Position numbers and translations under genes: made by a program. A stretch of 64,000 nt of DNA from an uncultured Clostridia bacterium (lineage in GTDB: Bacteria > Bacillota > Clostridia > Oscillospirales > JAAYOS01): assembly GCA_947593925.1 (NCBI GenBank), contig CANQDU010000004.1, forward strand, positions 49,834 to 113,833, read 5' to 3'. Under the pieces are notes generated by a model. The model was given only the letters and a program-made list of their open reading frames with translations. It had not been told where the DNA came from and ran no database searches. Shown piece after piece: positions 62,416-64,000 of the stretch (the first letter of the stretch is position 1; each line of letters opens with the position of its first letter).

Positions 62416-64000
62416 TCAAGGTTCCGTCACTATCCCGCTCTCGGTTAGACGGAAGTCGCTCACGGTCTCATCCGAGACGGCGCGGGTCTCGCCCGACTCG
62501 GTGTCAAAGCGCGTGAGGACGCCGGAGCGGTCCACGTAGAAGATGCTCCGCCCGTCGTAGGCGACGTTGCGGTTTGTGGGAATATCGAGCGGGGTCGCCC
62601 GCCCCGTGCTTATCTCGACGCGGCGGCCACCCGCGCCGAGGACGTAGATATATTCGTCGTCCACAATGAAGTCCGACCGGCCGAGCAGATCCGGCGTTCC
62701 GCCGCCTATGTCGATGCCGAAGACCGTGTGCTGAGTGACCGTCTCGAAGACGACCTCGGTTCTGAAGGTGTCCAGATCCACACGCAGGAGCGAGGCGACA
62801 TACGTCTTGCCCGAGTCGTCCGCAAGGCTCCAGCCGACGGACTCCGAGAACTCCCGTCGGAAGTAGACGTATCTGCCCCGGGCGAAGAAGGGTTCGATGT
62901 ACACCGCGCCGTCCACCGGAGCGAGCGGGTCGAGCGGAAGCGCCGTGACGTTTCCGTCCCCGTCGAGCACGACCGGCCGCCCGTTCTCAGACGTCACCGT
63001 GAGGCCGCCGTACTCGTAGGCGGCGCTGTCGCGGCTGTTGTATATGACATCCTCCGCCGGTGCGGCGTCTTCGCACCCGCCGAGAAGAAGACACAGCGCG
63101 AGGCAGAGCGCGGCGGTCTTCTTAAAAGTTCCTCGCCCGCCGCCGAGGAAACCGCCGTATCGCCGTCTCAGCAGGAGCAGGCAGGCGGCGATAACGAGCG
63201 CCGCGCCGAGCGAGACCGCCGCCGTCTGCGCCGCCGTCACCTCGCGGAAGACCGCGACGGTCCCGCCCGTAGCGGCGTCTGCGGCGTACTCGCTGCCGCG
63301 CAGAAATCCCGCCGGCATCATCAGCGAGGACGGGAGCGGGAGCGAGTACTGTGTCTCCTGTCCGAGCCCTATCCACGGCAGGACGGCGGCGGCGCTTGAG
63401 AGGAACGCCGCGAGCGCGAACCTGCGGCAGTACGCCGAGAGGCAGAGCGTCGCCGCCGCGAGCTCGAGCGAGCCGAGGAGCCGAAGCGCCGCCGCGAGCG
63501 CTTCCGCTCCCGCGAGCGTCAGCGTTTTCTCCGCGCCGCCGAAGGCCTCCACGCTCTGCATCGGGTAGTCCGGGTGCGGGAGGTCGTACTTCGCGGCGCA
63601 GAACGCGAGGCGGATGAGGTCAGTCGAGAGCGACAGCGCGGCGGCCGCGGCGAGCGCGAGCGCCGTCTTCTGAAGGAGAAAGAGCCGCCGTCCGTTCCGC
63701 GAGGTGAGCGCGAGACTCTCCATGCCGCTCGCCGCCTCGCCGCAGTAAACCGGCACCGAAAGAAGTATTATCGCCGCCGCGAGCGGCAGGTCGAGGGCTC
63801 TGTCGCGCAGGAGAGACGCCCAGCCGTTTGAGTCGAGGAAGAAGCGGTTCTCCCTCCCCTCGTTCACATAGCGGTACTGCTCGTAGATGACGTCAAGACC
63901 CTCGGCATACGGCCCGTCCGCGCCGCGAGCGGCCTCGCATTCGAGGAAATCCGCCTTTTCTCGCGTCCACGCGCCGTCCACCCGCTCGAGGTAGTGCAGA
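62416..64000 (-). CDS. Polytopic membrane protein (ABC-2-permease-like N-terminal half) fused to a C-terminal extracytoplasmic beta-propeller-like domain; 5' end probably outside window
   Basis: The ORF stays open to the window edge (no stop in 63982-63999; the track start is only a GTG). It has several TMs, then RRRYGG...KKTAALCLALCLLLGGCEDAAP, then ~215 aa with repeated Y(V/I)(Y/F)/DGR-type strands (RYVYFRR, EYIYVLG, SIFYVDRSG). Confidence 0.55.
   Translation of the reverse strand, partial: LHYLERVDGAWTREKADFLECEAARGADGPYAEGLDVIYEQYRYVNEGRENRFFLDSNGWASLLRDRALDLPLAAAIILLSVPVYCGEAASGMESLALTSRNGRRLFLLQKTALALAAAAALSLSTDLIRLAFCAAKYDLPHPDYPMQSVEAFGGAEKTLTLAGAEALAAALRLLGSLELAAATLCLSAYCRRFALAAFLSSAAAVLPWIGLGQETQYSLPLPSSLMMPAGFLRGSEYAADAATGGTVAVFREVTAAQTAAVSLGAALVIAACLLLLRRRYGGFLGGGRGTFKKTAALCLALCLLLGGCEDAAPAEDVIYNSRDSAAYEYGGLTVTSENGRPVVLDGDGNVTALPLDPLAPVDGAVYIEPFFARGRYVYFRREFSESVGWSLADDSGKTYVASLLRVDLDTFRTEVVFETVTQHTVFGIDIGGGTPDLLGRSDFIVDDEYIYVLGAGGRRVEISTGRATPLDIPTNRNVAYDGRSIFYVDRSGVLTRFDTESGETRAVSDETVSDFRLTESGIVTEP

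Overview
High-GC Firmicutes/Clostridia-type chromosomal segment. The assignment rests on an intact sporulation sigma-K, a T-box leader, an SLH-anchored wall protein, BlaI/BlaR1, DegV and Gram-positive RBS/promoter style. All calls come from reading the supplied ORF translations and the DNA by eye; no database search was run.

Content:
- Ribosomal cluster rpmG-secE-nusG-rplK-rplA-rplJ-rplL (5954-9413).
- Housekeeping genes: valS (T-box controlled)-folC, pcrA-mrnC, a YitT-family gene followed by tldD-pmbA, a class A PBP and DegV.
- Peptidases: two tandem S9, M29, PepF.
- GH5 and GH1 glycosidases, a carboxylesterase, a MATE pump and an acetyltransferase + AraC pair.
- Regulators: an OmpR/HK pair, an ECF-type sigma pair and a BlaI/BlaR1 pair.
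- A 1377-aa SLH surface protein and a five-gene Opp-type ABC transporter.

I found no tRNA, rRNA, CRISPR array, transposase, integrase or recognisable defence gene. Many long ORFs in the track are antisense shadows typical of high-GC DNA.

Most notable observations:
1. A perfect 19-bp inverted-repeat pair encloses a 123-bp AT-rich, promoter-bearing segment in the leader of the giant SLH protein gene. This is a candidate invertible phase-variation switch.
2. A dispersed ~270-320 bp composite element built of consecutive perfect hairpins occurs three times. Its copies differ by compensatory stem changes.
3. The rplL 3' end and terminator are duplicated, and the terminator is present in triplicate. 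These copies bracket a hairpin array and a low-GC two-gene cassette where rpoBC would normally follow.
4. The Opp transporter has very large insertions in OppA, OppC, OppD and OppF.
5. A BlaR1-type M56 sensor carries a ~690-aa internally repetitive ectodomain.

None of these is proven to be a new system. Each is stated with the test that would decide it.
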